From positions 1-64,000 of IMG/VR virus record IMGVR_UViG_3300035670_000121: 64,000 bases of DNA; one strand, 5' to 3'. Source of the stretch: a virus (Duplodnaviria > Caudoviricetes). Below, piece after piece: positions 9,677 through 20,482 of the stretch. Each line of letters begins with the position of its first letter. The first letter of the stretch is position 1. The notes under the pieces were generated by a model. That model saw only the letters and a program-made list of their open reading frames with translations. It made no database searches and was not told where the DNA came from. The position numbers and the translations under genes were made by a program.

Positions 9677-9956
9677 GAAAAAAAGAAGAAAGAGAAGATA
9701 AATCTTTAGCTAATTTATAATATCCTAAATCTGTTAATACTTCTGGAACGTGTAAAAATTCAATTTTATCATCCCTGTCATTTACTTTTTTAATATTCAT
9801 TAAAAGTGATAATTTAGCATTTTTGCCTAGCTTTTCTATTACCTCTTTTAAGGCCATAGTAGCAGCTTCAGTATAATTACAACTTAAAATAATACTTTGC
9901 CAATCAGCACATTCAACTAGATAAAAATCTTCTTGACTTTCTTCTGTCTTAAACAT
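9651..9956 (-). CDS. Hypothetical protein
   Basis: ORF track; ATG 9956 avoids overlap with the divergent gene. Confidence 0.6.
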   Translation of the reverse strand: MFKTEESQEDFYLVECADWQSIILSCNYTEAATMALKEVIEKLGKNAKLSLLMNIKKVNDRDDKIEFLHVPEVLTDLGYYKLAKDLSSLSSFFLDKGETLH

Positions 9957-9961
9957 AAGAT
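9933..9961 (+). promoter_or_regulatory. Sigma70-type promoter of the glycosylation operon
   Basis: TTGACT-N17-TAAGAT. Confidence 0.55.
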
Positions 9962-9977
9962 TAGAGTATATTAATAA

Positions 9978-10841
9978 ATGCAAGATGTCAATAAAAAAAT
10001 ACTTTGGCTTGCAGATTTTGATTTAGATCAAGCGGCTGGCGGAGCGCAAAGAAGCGATAAGATTTTAATAGATCATGGTAAATCGTTGGGGTTTGATATT
10101 TTCAAAGTAAATCAATCTAATTTTGGGCCTCATATCAATTTGCACGATTATGATATTTTAATTAGCTCAAACATATGTTCTTTGCATTTCAAAAATAATT
10201 GGCTGTTAGATGAAATATCTAAACATAAGCATCATATTCGCATTGAACATGATTCTAACAACTATCTAACAAACGAACAAAGAAAAAAACTATTTTCTAA
10301 TTGTAAAAAGACATTCTTTTTAACCGAATATCACCATGAATACTTTGTTCAAGATTATGGCGATATATTTCATAACGTAGAAATAGTTCCTGATCCTATC
10401 GATACTGATTTGTTTTGCGATCTAAAAAAAGAAAGAGAAAATAAAATTTTGTATTCTGGTTATATGCATCCTTTAAAAGGAAGCTATGAATTTTTTGATT
10501 TTGTGTTACAGAATACAGATTTAAAGTTTGTTGTATCTGGATGGACTGATTATCCATCTTTAGGCTTTTTATGTAAAAGCGTTCCAAATGTTGAATATAT
10601 TGGAATCACTGATTACTCAAAAATGCCAGAAATTTATAACAAATATTCTCATTTTTACTATAATCCCAATCTAAAAGAACCATTTTGTCGTTCTTTCGCA
10701 GAAGCTTTTTTATGTGGCTGTAAAATAATAAGCAATAAAGTAAATCAAATAGGCAGTTATCAATATTTTGCGAAACACGGAAAAGAAAAATTTATAAACG
10801 ATTGTAAAAACGCACACATAACTTTTTGGAAAAAAATATGA
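9978..10841 (+). CDS. Glycosyltransferase GT4
   Basis: GGAQRSD; HPLKG; EPFCRSFAEAFLCGC. Confidence 0.8.
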   Translation: MQDVNKKILWLADFDLDQAAGGAQRSDKILIDHGKSLGFDIFKVNQSNFGPHINLHDYDILISSNICSLHFKNNWLLDEISKHKHHIRIEHDSNNYLTNEQRKKLFSNCKKTFFLTEYHHEYFVQDYGDIFHNVEIVPDPIDTDLFCDLKKERENKILYSGYMHPLKGSYEFFDFVLQNTDLKFVVSGWTDYPSLGFLCKSVPNVEYIGITDYSKMPEIYNKYSHFYYNPNLKEPFCRSFAEAFLCGCKIISNKVNQIGSYQYFAKHGKEKFINDCKNAHITFWKKI

Positions 10842-11743
10842 AAATAATATTAGTTTGCAACAAAAATTTGCCTCGCGAAAACCTTAACAGAATGGATTCT
10901 GGATACTATAATGTATATATTCCATTAATAGAACTCGGGCATCAAGTTTATTTTTACGATACTATAAATCCAAAAGAAAAAGATTTTTCAAAAGTCGTCG
11001 AGCGATTTCAACCTGATTTAATTTTTTGTTGTTTAACTGGCAATCCTCAAATTACTCCCTATGAACCAATTGAAGAAATTAAACAAATAACTAACTCTGG
11101 TAAAATAAAGACGTTTAATTGGTTTTGCGATGATACTTGGAGGTTCGAAAGTTTTTCTCAGTATTTTTGTCATTATTTCAACGTTTGTTCTACTCCAGAA
11201 TACTCTTATATTCAAAAATTCAAACAATCTGGTTATAGCAATATAATCCTAGGACAATGGCATTGCAATGAAGATTTGTATTTGCTAAATCAAAAAAAAT
11301 ACAATATTGGTTTTTGTGGTGGGTTAAATCAAACAAGGTTAAACTTTTTAAAACAGTTAAATCAACAGGTTTCATATTTTTCAGGATGCTCTTATGAAGA
11401 TATGATCTCATTATATGCATCTTGTAAAATAGTTTTGAATCTTACCATCAATGATAACGATACTCAAAAAAAACGCCAAATGAAATTGCGAATCTTTGAA
11501 GCTACTTGCGCCAACAGTATGTTATTAACTGAAAACGTCGAAAATATAGAAATGTATTATAAACCAAATAATGAAATCATTTGTTTCGAAAATGTCGAAG
11601 AATGTATTGATAGAACTCAATTCTTTTTAAATAATGAAAGCGAAATGCAAAAAATTACCCAAAAAGGAAATGAAAGATTTTTAAAAGAGCATACTTCAAA
11701 AATCAGACTAAACAATCTTCTCAAAGAGATAAATAAAATATGA
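10838..11743 (+). CDS. CgeB/Glyco_trans_1_2-type glycosyltransferase
   Basis: NWFCDDTWR; KIVLN...QMKLRIFEATCANSMLLTE; HTSKIR. Confidence 0.8.
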   Translation: MKIILVCNKNLPRENLNRMDSGYYNVYIPLIELGHQVYFYDTINPKEKDFSKVVERFQPDLIFCCLTGNPQITPYEPIEEIKQITNSGKIKTFNWFCDDTWRFESFSQYFCHYFNVCSTPEYSYIQKFKQSGYSNIILGQWHCNEDLYLLNQKKYNIGFCGGLNQTRLNFLKQLNQQVSYFSGCSYEDMISLYASCKIVLNLTINDNDTQKKRQMKLRIFEATCANSMLLTENVENIEMYYKPNNEIICFENVEECIDRTQFFLNNESEMQKITQKGNERFLKEHTSKIRLNNLLKEINKI

Positions 11744-12669
11744 AAATTTATATTCAAAGACATTCTGAATTTGCTGGTAAATGGATATATTCTGGATATG
11801 CTCACGCTTGGGCTTATTTAGATCATCAAGTAAAATTTATTTCTCAATTGGAAGAAATTAAAGATGATTCTAGTTATTTATTATTTATTACAGATGGAAT
11901 AGTGACAGAAAATAATCTTAAATATTTAAAAAATAGTCATAAAACTTTTTTGTATGTACAACCCAATGAATTTCCACATCACTGGGGAAAACACCCAAAT
12001 TTTATTTCTGCTTTACAGCCGGACATCGTTAATGAAATTAACGGTCTTAAAAATGTAATAAAATGGTTTTTCGGATATGATACAAAAACATATTTTACAT
12101 TATGGAAAAATGTTGTGTCAATGCCTTTAGCTTATGATAATATAAATTATTTTTCTGATGAAAGTTATAATCATGATTATGATTATGATATTTGTTTTAT
12201 TGGCGGGTTCGCAAACAATGGATTTAATGAAAAAATCACGATAATACAAAACACCCTAAATGCTTTTTTAAAAGCTGGATTTAAATGTGGATTTTCAGTA
12301 GGTCAGAACATATCTCATGAATTAGAAAATTATGTTTTAAATAGATCGAAAGTTGCATTGAACGTACACGATTTATATCAAAGAACGCTAGGGCTAGACA
12401 CAAATGAAAGAACTTTTAAATCGTTAGGATGTAATGGTATTTTAATATCTGATTGCGTTAAACAGTTAGGATTATTATTTCCTCATTGTTATCAATCAAA
12501 TAATCTTGATGAATTAATAGAAAAAACTAAAGAGTTTTGTCAATTGGATCTATATGAATTAAGTTTGCATAAAAAACAAAACAAAAAAATAATAGAAGAA
12601 AAACACACATATATAAAAAGAGTGCAACAATTCTTAAAAATAAATGAAAATTTCCATTATAGTTCCTAA
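11740..12669 (+). CDS. CgeB/Glyco_trans_1_2-type glycosyltransferase
   Basis: YDICFIGG; SKVALNVH..NERTFKSLGCNG; HTYIKRV. Confidence 0.8.
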   Translation: MKIYIQRHSEFAGKWIYSGYAHAWAYLDHQVKFISQLEEIKDDSSYLLFITDGIVTENNLKYLKNSHKTFLYVQPNEFPHHWGKHPNFISALQPDIVNEINGLKNVIKWFFGYDTKTYFTLWKNVVSMPLAYDNINYFSDESYNHDYDYDICFIGGFANNGFNEKITIIQNTLNAFLKAGFKCGFSVGQNISHELENYVLNRSKVALNVHDLYQRTLGLDTNERTFKSLGCNGILISDCVKQLGLLFPHCYQSNNLDELIEKTKEFCQLDLYELSLHKKQNKKIIEEKHTYIKRVQQFLKINENFHYSS

Positions 12670-13366
12670 TTACAATAAAGAAAAATATATTGCAGAATGT
12701 TTAACGTCTTGTTTAAATCAATCATATGAAAATTTACAATTATTAGTTATCGATAACGAAAGTACTGACAACAGCGTAAAAATTATAAAAGAATTTCAAA
12801 ATTCTCACCCTAATAAATTTATATTTGATATTGCAAAAAATATATATCCTCGTTGCTGGGACGAATGTATAGAAAAAGCTTTTGAATACATATCTGGAGA
12901 ATATTATACAATTGTCGCGTCAGATGATTTTATACATAAAGACTATATAAAAAACTGCGTCGAATTCATAAAAATAAAAAACTGTAACTTTTTTCAATCT
13001 TCTTTAAGATGGGTTGATGATAATAAAACTGTCTTAAGAGAGATGGTTCAAAATTATAATGGCGTTGTTGATTTAAAAAATCAATTACTTAAAGGATGTT
13101 TTATAAATTCTCCTACTGTTTTTAGAAAAGTAGGAATAGAAAAGAGTTACAATATAATTGCAAACCCCAAAAAATATTCTGGAGCTGCTGATTATGATTT
13201 ATATTGTCAAATAGTTGATAAAGATTTATATATAGAGAACTGCTTAGAATGGCTTGGTTATTATTACAGGGTTAACGAACTTCAAGCAACATGGTTAATG
13301 CAAAGCGACGAAATTAAATACGATAAACTGATTCAAAAAAAATGGAGAGAAAAATGGATGAATTAA
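12644..13366 (+). CDS. Glycosyltransferase GT2
   Basis: ISIIVPNYN; VIDNESTD; ASDD. Confidence 0.9.
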   Translation: MKISIIVPNYNKEKYIAECLTSCLNQSYENLQLLVIDNESTDNSVKIIKEFQNSHPNKFIFDIAKNIYPRCWDECIEKAFEYISGEYYTIVASDDFIHKDYIKNCVEFIKIKNCNFFQSSLRWVDDNKTVLREMVQNYNGVVDLKNQLLKGCFINSPTVFRKVGIEKSYNIIANPKKYSGAADYDLYCQIVDKDLYIENCLEWLGYYYRVNELQATWLMQSDEIKYDKLIQKKWREKWMN

Positions 13367-14667
13367 ATGACATTCTACAGCTGATCAAAAAATATATTGA
13401 TAATAAACAAAAAACTTGGACGCCTGAAAAAGATTGGGTTCAATACGCCGGTCCATATTTTGATTCTGAAGAATATGTCACTTCGATCAAATCTCTTTTA
13501 AATGGCTGGTTAGTGCTTGGTCAAGACGCTATAACTTTTGAAACAAAATTTCCACAACAACTCGGAAAAGAATATGGCATATTAACCAATAGTGGAAGCA
13601 GTTCTAATTTAATTATGATGTCCGCAATGACATCGAAAAGATTATACAATTTCCCTAAAGGAACAAAAGTAATTACTCCAATCGCTGGATTTCCAACTAC
13701 TATTAATCCTATTTTTCAAGTTGGATTTGAACCTATTTTTGTTGATATAGATATAGATACTTTGAATCTGAATTTAGATCAAGTTGAAGAAGCGGCAAAA
13801 AAAGGAGCTAAAATAATCACTTTTGCTCATGTTTTAGGAAACCCTCCAAACATGAATCGATTAATGGAAATCGTAAATCAGCATAATCTTATCTTACTTG
13901 AAGATTGCTGTGATGCTTTGGGTTCTACTTATGACGGAAAACCTCTTGGTAGTTTTGGAGAACTAGCTAGTTGTAGTTTTTATCCTGCACATCACATGAC
14001 TATGGGTGAAGGTGGTTTTGTGGCTTGCAAGACTCAATTACAAGAAATAGTTACTAGAAGCTTCAGAGAATGGGGCCGTGGATGTTATTGCGTTGGAAAG
14101 AAAGCTAATTTATTAAAGAACGGTTCATGCGGTAAACGTTTTTCTAACTGGTTACCAGAACTTCCAGATGAAGAGTTCGATCACAAATATGTTTATGATG
14201 AAATTGGATATAATTTAAAACCAATGGAGCTTCAAGCTTCAATGGGTTTAGCTCAAATGAAAAAACTTCCAGAAATACATGTTTTAAGAAAACGCAATCA
14301 TGCTCTGCTCTGCGAAGCTTTTAGCCAATATGAAGATTATTTTATTATTCCTAAAGCAACTAAATTATCAGACCCAAGCTGGTTTGCATTTGCAATAACT
14401 ATTAAAAATAATGCCCCATTTAAGCGTAAACATATTGTCCAACATTTTGAAAACGCTAAAATTCAAACCCGCCCTTATTTTGCTGGCAACATTATGCTTC
14501 AACCAGCGTATTCAGGTATTATGAATCCCAAAGATGTTATTGAAAAATATCCAATAGCCCGTAAAATCACAACAGATACTTTTTTCTTAGGCACAAGCCC
14601 AGTAATAACTGAGGAACAAATATCTTATATTAAAAAAAACTTAGATTTATTTATTCATAATTTATGA
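13354..14667 (+). CDS. rfbH: NDP-4-keto-6-deoxyglucose 3-dehydrase (RfbH/DdhC, PMP and Fe-S)
   Basis: EDCCDALG; SFYPAHHMTMGEGG (His in place of Lys); WGRGCYC; DHKYVYDEIGYNLK. Confidence 0.9.
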   Translation: MDELNDILQLIKKYIDNKQKTWTPEKDWVQYAGPYFDSEEYVTSIKSLLNGWLVLGQDAITFETKFPQQLGKEYGILTNSGSSSNLIMMSAMTSKRLYNFPKGTKVITPIAGFPTTINPIFQVGFEPIFVDIDIDTLNLNLDQVEEAAKKGAKIITFAHVLGNPPNMNRLMEIVNQHNLILLEDCCDALGSTYDGKPLGSFGELASCSFYPAHHMTMGEGGFVACKTQLQEIVTRSFREWGRGCYCVGKKANLLKNGSCGKRFSNWLPELPDEEFDHKYVYDEIGYNLKPMELQASMGLAQMKKLPEIHVLRKRNHALLCEAFSQYEDYFIIPKATKLSDPSWFAFAITIKNNAPFKRKHIVQHFENAKIQTRPYFAGNIMLQPAYSGIMNPKDVIEKYPIARKITTDTFFLGTSPVITEEQISYIKKNLDLFIHNL

Positions 14668-15620
14668 AAATAGTTTATATTACTGGTTGTTTAGGTTTAA
14701 TCGGTTCTCATTTAACAAGACTTTGTTTACAAAAAGGATATTATGTAATCGGACTAGATAAAATAACATATGCGGCAAGACCAGATTTACTAAAAGAATT
14801 TAACAAGTATGAAAAATTTAAATTTGAACAAAAAGATATTTGCGATTTAGATAGACTCGTAGATTGCGATTATTTTATAAACGTAGCCGCCGAAACACAT
14901 GTCGATAATTCAATAAGAAAAAGTGATGATTTCATCAAAACAAATATAGATGGCGTTTATAACATCCTTGAGTTATTAAAAACTTACAAAAGAGAAGGAA
15001 TGATTGTTCCTACTTTTTTACATTTTAGCACAGATGAAGTTTATGGCGATATTTCTAACGGAGAACACATAGAAACAGATATTTTAAAACCAAGCAATCC
15101 ATATTCCGCAACAAAAGCTGCTGCTGATCAATTAATACTTGCTTGGGCTAGAACTTATAAAATAAATTATATTATAATTAGACCTACCAATAATTATGGA
15201 ATTGGGCAGTATGTCGAAAAATTAATTCCAAAAGCTTGTAAATGTTTAACGCTTGGCAAAAAAATACCGCTTCACAACCAAGGCACACCTTTTAGAAATT
15301 GGTTACACGCCAAAGATACAGCTAATGGAGTTGTTAAAATAATTGAAAGCGGAATCAAAAATGAAATATTTAATATTGCAGGAGGATTTGAACAAAGCAA
15401 TATCAAAACAGTCGAAAAAATCATTTCGGAATATTTTGGACATTTACCTTGTAATTACCAAGAAAAGTACTTGGATTTATCTATTTCTAGAGAAGGTCAA
15501 GATGTTAGATATGCCTTAAATGATAATAAATTAAGAAGTTTAGGTTGGATTCCTGAATGCAGTTTCGATCAAGAACTCAAAGAAATAGTTGATTTCTATA
15601 AGAAAAATTTTATATGGTAA
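14664..15620 (+). CDS. rfbB: dTDP-glucose 4,6-dehydratase
   Basis: AAETHVDNSI; STDEVYG; PYSATKA. Confidence 0.9.
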   Translation: MKIVYITGCLGLIGSHLTRLCLQKGYYVIGLDKITYAARPDLLKEFNKYEKFKFEQKDICDLDRLVDCDYFINVAAETHVDNSIRKSDDFIKTNIDGVYNILELLKTYKREGMIVPTFLHFSTDEVYGDISNGEHIETDILKPSNPYSATKAAADQLILAWARTYKINYIIIRPTNNYGIGQYVEKLIPKACKCLTLGKKIPLHNQGTPFRNWLHAKDTANGVVKIIESGIKNEIFNIAGGFEQSNIKTVEKIISEYFGHLPCNYQEKYLDLSISREGQDVRYALNDNKLRSLGWIPECSFDQELKEIVDFYKKNFIW

Positions 15621-16258
15621 ATAAAAACAATAAAACACTTGTTAAAAGAATACTAGAAATAGCATATAAATATAAACTAAGCCATCTAAGTAGCTATTTT
15701 TCTTCGATAGATATAATAGATAATATTTATAAAAACAAAAACGAAAAAGATATTTTCATTTTATCTAACGGACACGCAGCGTTAGCTTTATACGTCATTA
15801 TAGAAAAATATTTAAAAATAAATGCTGAAGAGCTATTTTTAAAACACGGCGGCCATCCTCATTTAGATCCACTTAACGATATACATTGTTCAACCGGAAG
15901 TTTAGGGATGGGTATCACAGTGGCTGTAGGTCGGGCTTTAGCAAATCAACATAAAAAAATTCATTGTTTAATAAGTGATGGCGAATGTGCCGAAGGTTCA
16001 ATCTGGGAATCTTTAAGAGTCATAAAAGAAAAGAAAATTTCAAATATTGAAGTACATTGCAATTGCAACGGATATGCGGCTTATGACCCTGTAGATGCGG
16101 AATATTTAAAGAATAGATTATTCTCTTTTTTACCCTCAATAAAATTCCATCAAACAAACGGTAATTTTTTTCCTTTTATCAAAGATTTAAACGGTCATTA
16201 TCATATCATGTCTCAAGCTGATTACGAAAAAAGTTTAGAGATACTAGAAACAATATGA
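15614..16258 (+). CDS. Transketolase-like protein, N-terminal ThDP-binding subunit
   Basis: LSNGHA; STGSLGMG; SDGECAEGSIWE. Confidence 0.85.
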   Translation: MVNKNNKTLVKRILEIAYKYKLSHLSSYFSSIDIIDNIYKNKNEKDIFILSNGHAALALYVIIEKYLKINAEELFLKHGGHPHLDPLNDIHCSTGSLGMGITVAVGRALANQHKKIHCLISDGECAEGSIWESLRVIKEKKISNIEVHCNCNGYAAYDPVDAEYLKNRLFSFLPSIKFHQTNGNFFPFIKDLNGHYHIMSQADYEKSLEILETI

Positions 16259-16728
16259 GAAAAAAATTTAGTCAAATATTACTTAACAAAATGCAAGAAA
16301 ATAATAATATTTATTTTCTAACAGCAGATTTAGGATACGGATTATGGGATGAAGTTAGATCAGCTTTTCCAAATAGAGCTTATAATATTGGATCTTCAGA
16401 ACAATTAATGTTAGGTTGCGCAACAGGATTTGCTTTGGAAAATAAAATTCCAGTCTGTTATTCTATAACTCCATTTATCTTATACAGACCTTTTGAATTC
16501 ATACGAAATTATTTGAACGAAGAAAAAATTCCTGTAAAATTAGTTGGGGGAGGCAGAAATAAAGATTATGGATATCTTGGATTCAGCCACTGGGCAGAAG
16601 ACGATATCAAAATAATGCAATGTTTTAATAATATAAAACTTTTTAAACCTGAAGAAAAAGATCTAGAAACGATTACCGATGAATTTTTATTTAATGAAAT
16701 GCCATCATATTTAAATCTTAAAAAATGA
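16255..16728 (+). CDS. Transketolase-like protein, pyrimidine-binding subunit
   Basis: LTADLG; NIGSSEQ; GFSHWAEDD. Confidence 0.85.
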   Translation: MRKKFSQILLNKMQENNNIYFLTADLGYGLWDEVRSAFPNRAYNIGSSEQLMLGCATGFALENKIPVCYSITPFILYRPFEFIRNYLNEEKIPVKLVGGGRNKDYGYLGFSHWAEDDIKIMQCFNNIKLFKPEEKDLETITDEFLFNEMPSYLNLKK

Positions 16729-17498
16729 GAATTTTATTAACAGGTTCTAACGGTTATATAGCAAAAAGCTTTCATAAAAGATTTAATAATCAATATAAAA
16801 TAATTTCCCTTAATAGAAATATAATTGATTTAACAGATATAAATAAAGTAGACCAATTTTTTAGCGAGAATGAAAAATTCGATTTTGTTTTGCATACAGC
16901 AATAAAAGGAGGAAACAGACTGATACAAGACAGCAGTGAAATTCTTGATCAAAACATTCAAATTTATTTAAACTTAATCAAAAACAAACAAAGATATAAT
17001 AAATTTATTAATTTAGGATCTGGAGCCGAAATACATCAAAAAGACACATTTTATGGATTAAGTAAAAAAGTCATAAATGAATCATTAAAAGATAAAGTTA
17101 ATTTTTTTAATATTAGGATTTTTGGCGTATTTGACGAAAACGAAGAAAATAGAAGATTCATAAAAAATAATATTATAAACTACATAAACAAAAAAAATCT
17201 AATAATACATCAAGATAAAAAAATGGATTTTTTTTACATGCAGGATTTATTATCACTAATTGATTTTTATATAAATTCTTTAAATCCGCCTAAAGAAATA
17301 GACTGCACTTATGAAAATTCTTATTTTTTATCTGAAATAGCTAATATAATCAATCAATTAGATTTACATAAATCTAATATAATTATTCAAAATAACGATA
17401 ATTCTTCAAACTATATTGGCAAATATCAAAAAACAATAAACTTTATAGGCTTAACAGAAGGCATAAAGAACACCTATAAAAAAATACTATCAACATGA
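16725..17498 (+). CDS. NAD-dependent sugar epimerase/reductase (extended SDR)
   Basis: LTGSNGYIA; GSGAE; YGLSK. Confidence 0.85.
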   Translation: MRILLTGSNGYIAKSFHKRFNNQYKIISLNRNIIDLTDINKVDQFFSENEKFDFVLHTAIKGGNRLIQDSSEILDQNIQIYLNLIKNKQRYNKFINLGSGAEIHQKDTFYGLSKKVINESLKDKVNFFNIRIFGVFDENEENRRFIKNNIINYINKKNLIIHQDKKMDFFYMQDLLSLIDFYINSLNPPKEIDCTYENSYFLSEIANIINQLDLHKSNIIIQNNDNSSNYIGKYQKTINFIGLTEGIKNTYKKILST

Positions 17499-18424
17499 AA
17501 ATAGGTTGTTTGATATATTCTACAACAGGCAGATATGAAATATTTCAAAAATGGGCCACAAATAGTTTTGTTAAACACCACCAAGATATATTATTATTTT
17601 CTCTCAATGAAAAAAGTGATATCATTACAGAAACAAATAAAAAATATCCTCAAATCAATTCCAGCACACCAATCGGAATTTTTAAAATGTATGTAGCAGC
17701 ATTTTTATTTGATACATTCAAGCTAGATAAAATAATTATGCTTGGAGCAGATACTATTACTTGCGACAGGCTTTCAGAATTTGTTGAAGACAATGAGCAT
17801 GATATTCTAACCTCTTTAGATTATCCCTATGTTCTACAAACAAAAAATTTAATTACAAATCAACCGTATATATTATCTTCTTTCACAAAAGAAAATCATG
17901 TGAATGCTGATGTAGTCTGTTTCAACAACATAGATTCAATACATGAAGTTATTGAAAGCTCTTTAAAATTAAAAAGTGAATACCATGAGCAAGCAGGACT
18001 TAATTACGTATGCAATGTATTAAATAAATTTAAAACAAAAATAGTAGACTCTGATTTCGAATCTAGTGAAATTTGTTACAATGTCAGAGCAAAAGGTAAT
18101 TTATGCATAATACCTGTGTTCCTAAATAAAATAATTGTTTTTCAAAACGGACAATTTATATTTAAAGACGAAACATACAAATCAAACCAAGAAGTATATT
18201 TCAAATATATAAAAAATTTTAAAATCAAAAACGATAAACTTTTTACAGGAACCCATAGAAATATCATAAAAGAAAAACAAATCAAAGTTTGGCATTTTTG
18301 TGAAGGTTTCGGATGCTTATCAGACTCAGATTTTTATAAAAAAATTGATAATTGGATTAATCAAGGATTCAATAAAGAAACAAAACAATTTTTTGAAGAG
18401 CAGTGCGACTGCGTTTTTAATTAA
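17495..18424 (+). CDS. Putative GT-A fold glycosyltransferase
   Basis: LGADTI; NADVVCF; EQAGLN (GT8-like motifs); operon context. Confidence 0.45.
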   Translation: MKIGCLIYSTTGRYEIFQKWATNSFVKHHQDILLFSLNEKSDIITETNKKYPQINSSTPIGIFKMYVAAFLFDTFKLDKIIMLGADTITCDRLSEFVEDNEHDILTSLDYPYVLQTKNLITNQPYILSSFTKENHVNADVVCFNNIDSIHEVIESSLKLKSEYHEQAGLNYVCNVLNKFKTKIVDSDFESSEICYNVRAKGNLCIIPVFLNKIIVFQNGQFIFKDETYKSNQEVYFKYIKNFKIKNDKLFTGTHRNIIKEKQIKVWHFCEGFGCLSDSDFYKKIDNWINQGFNKETKQFFEEQCDCVFN

Positions 18425-18428
18425 AAAT

Positions 18429-19349
18429 ATGAAAATTTTAATCACAGGCGGTTCTAGCATGGTCGGAAAACACCTACAAAAAATATTTCCAAAAGCTATT
18501 TATTTAACTAGCAAAGATTGCGATTTAACTAATTACAATGAAACCTGCAATATAATTAAAAAAATAAAACCAAATACTGTTATTCATCTTGCCGCAAAAG
18601 TTGGTGGAATTATGGATAACATAAATAAGCCTGTTGATTTTTTTGAGCAAAACATATTAATAAATACAAATACGTTAAAAGCTAGTTATGTAAATGGTAT
18701 TAATAAATTCATTGGAATTTTAAGTACATGCGTTTATCCTGATAAATTAGAAGATAATCAATATCCAATAGAAGAAAAACTATTGCATTTAGGACCGCCA
18801 ACACCAACTAATTTTGCCTACGGATATGCCAAAAGATGTCTCGCAGTACAAATAGATGCATACAATAAACAATACGGGACAAAATATTCTTCATTGATTC
18901 CTTGCAATCTATATTCCGAAAACGATCATTTTACTGGCGACAAAGCTCATTTTTTATCTAGCTTAATATATAAAATACTCAAAGCAAAAAAAGAAAATCA
19001 AAATACAATAGAGCTGTTTGGAACTGGTTCTCCATTAAGACAATTTATGTATGCTGAAGATCTTGCAAAAGCAATTGTTCAAACGCTTGAATTGAATGAA
19101 GCTTTTAACTTTAATATTTGTACTGATGAAAACAAAAGCATTAAAGAAATAGCAGAAATAGCGCTTTTAGCATGTGAAGCTAGCCATTTTGAAATCAAAT
19201 GGAATAAAAATAAACCAGACGGTCAATTCAGAAAAGACGCTTCGTCAAAATTGTTTTTGCAAAAGTTTCCAGAATTTAAGTTCACCTCTTTATTTGAAGG
19301 AATACAAAAAACTTATAATATCATAAAGAATGAAAAGCTGGAAGCTTAA
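18429..19349 (+). CDS. fcl: GDP-L-fucose/GDP-L-colitose synthase (Fcl/ColC)
   Basis: HLAAKVGGI; STCVYP; YGYAKR; GTGSPLRQF; KPDGQ. Confidence 0.9.
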   Translation: MKILITGGSSMVGKHLQKIFPKAIYLTSKDCDLTNYNETCNIIKKIKPNTVIHLAAKVGGIMDNINKPVDFFEQNILINTNTLKASYVNGINKFIGILSTCVYPDKLEDNQYPIEEKLLHLGPPTPTNFAYGYAKRCLAVQIDAYNKQYGTKYSSLIPCNLYSENDHFTGDKAHFLSSLIYKILKAKKENQNTIELFGTGSPLRQFMYAEDLAKAIVQTLELNEAFNFNICTDENKSIKEIAEIALLACEASHFEIKWNKNKPDGQFRKDASSKLFLQKFPEFKFTSLFEGIQKTYNIIKNEKLEA

Positions 19350-20481
19350 CGATTCAAATTTTACCTTCATAGATAGACTTAAAATATCTGCATTTTTTCT
19401 AAACAACAAAAATTTTTGGACGATGACAGATAAAGTTGCTTGTTTTGAAGAAAAAATAGCTGACTTTACAAATAACAAGTATTCTATTTTTGTTTCAAGC
19501 GGATCAACCGCGAACACGATTTTAGCTTATTATCTAAAAGATAATTTTTATACAGATAAAAGAAACACAATCGTTTTCCCATCAACAACATGGATTACTT
19601 CTGTTTCTCCTTTTATAAGAGAAGGATTTAAGCCAAAATTTATTGATATTACGCTCGATGATTTAGCTATCGATCTGAACAAACTAGAATCTTTTTTAGA
19701 TAAAAACCATGAAGAAGTTTCATGTGTTTTTGTCACCAGTTTATTAGGTATCGTTCCTAATATTGATAAACTGGTAGAAATTAAAAACAAATATAATATC
19801 AACATAATGATGGATAATTGCGAAAATACTTTTGGTAAATTTAATAATAAAAATATCAGTAGTTATTTTACATCTACAACAAGCACATATTTCGGCCATC
19901 AACTACAAAGCGTTGAAGGTGGATTTATATTTACGAATGACGAAAAAGAAAGAGATTTATTTTTAATGTATCGAAATCATGGAATGACACGAAGCATCAA
20001 AAACAATTCTCAAATAAAAAACAACGATGTTGACAGCAGATTTGATTTTTATTTACAAGGTAATAACTTTAGGAATTCAAACATACATGCTTTAATAGGA
20101 CTTTTAGATCTTAATAGAGTTGATAAATATATAAATGATAGGCAAACACTATATAAATACTTTTGCAATAAAGTTAACGATTCTATTTTAAAATATAAAA
20201 ACAATGACAAAAATGAAAATTCTTTATTTTGCATACCTTTAATTTTTAATAATAAAATTAAAAAAGAAAAGACAGAACAATTTTGTCAACAAAACAATAT
20301 CGAATCCAGACCCATCATATCTGGCAATTTATTAAGACAAACATGTTTAAAAAAATATGATGACTATTATAATTTTCCAAATAGCGAATACATTCATCAA
20401 AACGGTTTCTATGTAGGTTTAAATTCAAAAGTGTCTATCAAACAGCTAGATACATTAATTAATTTCATCAATAATATTTAA
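19330..20481 (+). CDS. colD: GDP-4-keto-6-deoxymannose 3-dehydratase (ColD-like, DegT family)
   Basis: SSGSTAN; DNCE; STYFGHQLQSVEGG (His at the catalytic Lys position); SRPIISGN; lies between fcl and gmd. Confidence 0.75.
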   Translation: MKSWKLNDSNFTFIDRLKISAFFLNNKNFWTMTDKVACFEEKIADFTNNKYSIFVSSGSTANTILAYYLKDNFYTDKRNTIVFPSTTWITSVSPFIREGFKPKFIDITLDDLAIDLNKLESFLDKNHEEVSCVFVTSLLGIVPNIDKLVEIKNKYNINIMMDNCENTFGKFNNKNISSYFTSTTSTYFGHQLQSVEGGFIFTNDEKERDLFLMYRNHGMTRSIKNNSQIKNNDVDSRFDFYLQGNNFRNSNIHALIGLLDLNRVDKYINDRQTLYKYFCNKVNDSILKYKNNDKNENSLFCIPLIFNNKIKKEKTEQFCQQNNIESRPIISGNLLRQTCLKKYDDYYNFPNSEYIHQNGFYVGLNSKVSIKQLDTLINFINNI

Positions 20482-20482
20482 A

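Noticed and set aside
15600-20480. Apparent A/C-rich compositional shift suggesting recent acquisition
   Set aside because: Visual impression only; it cannot be quantified without computation.
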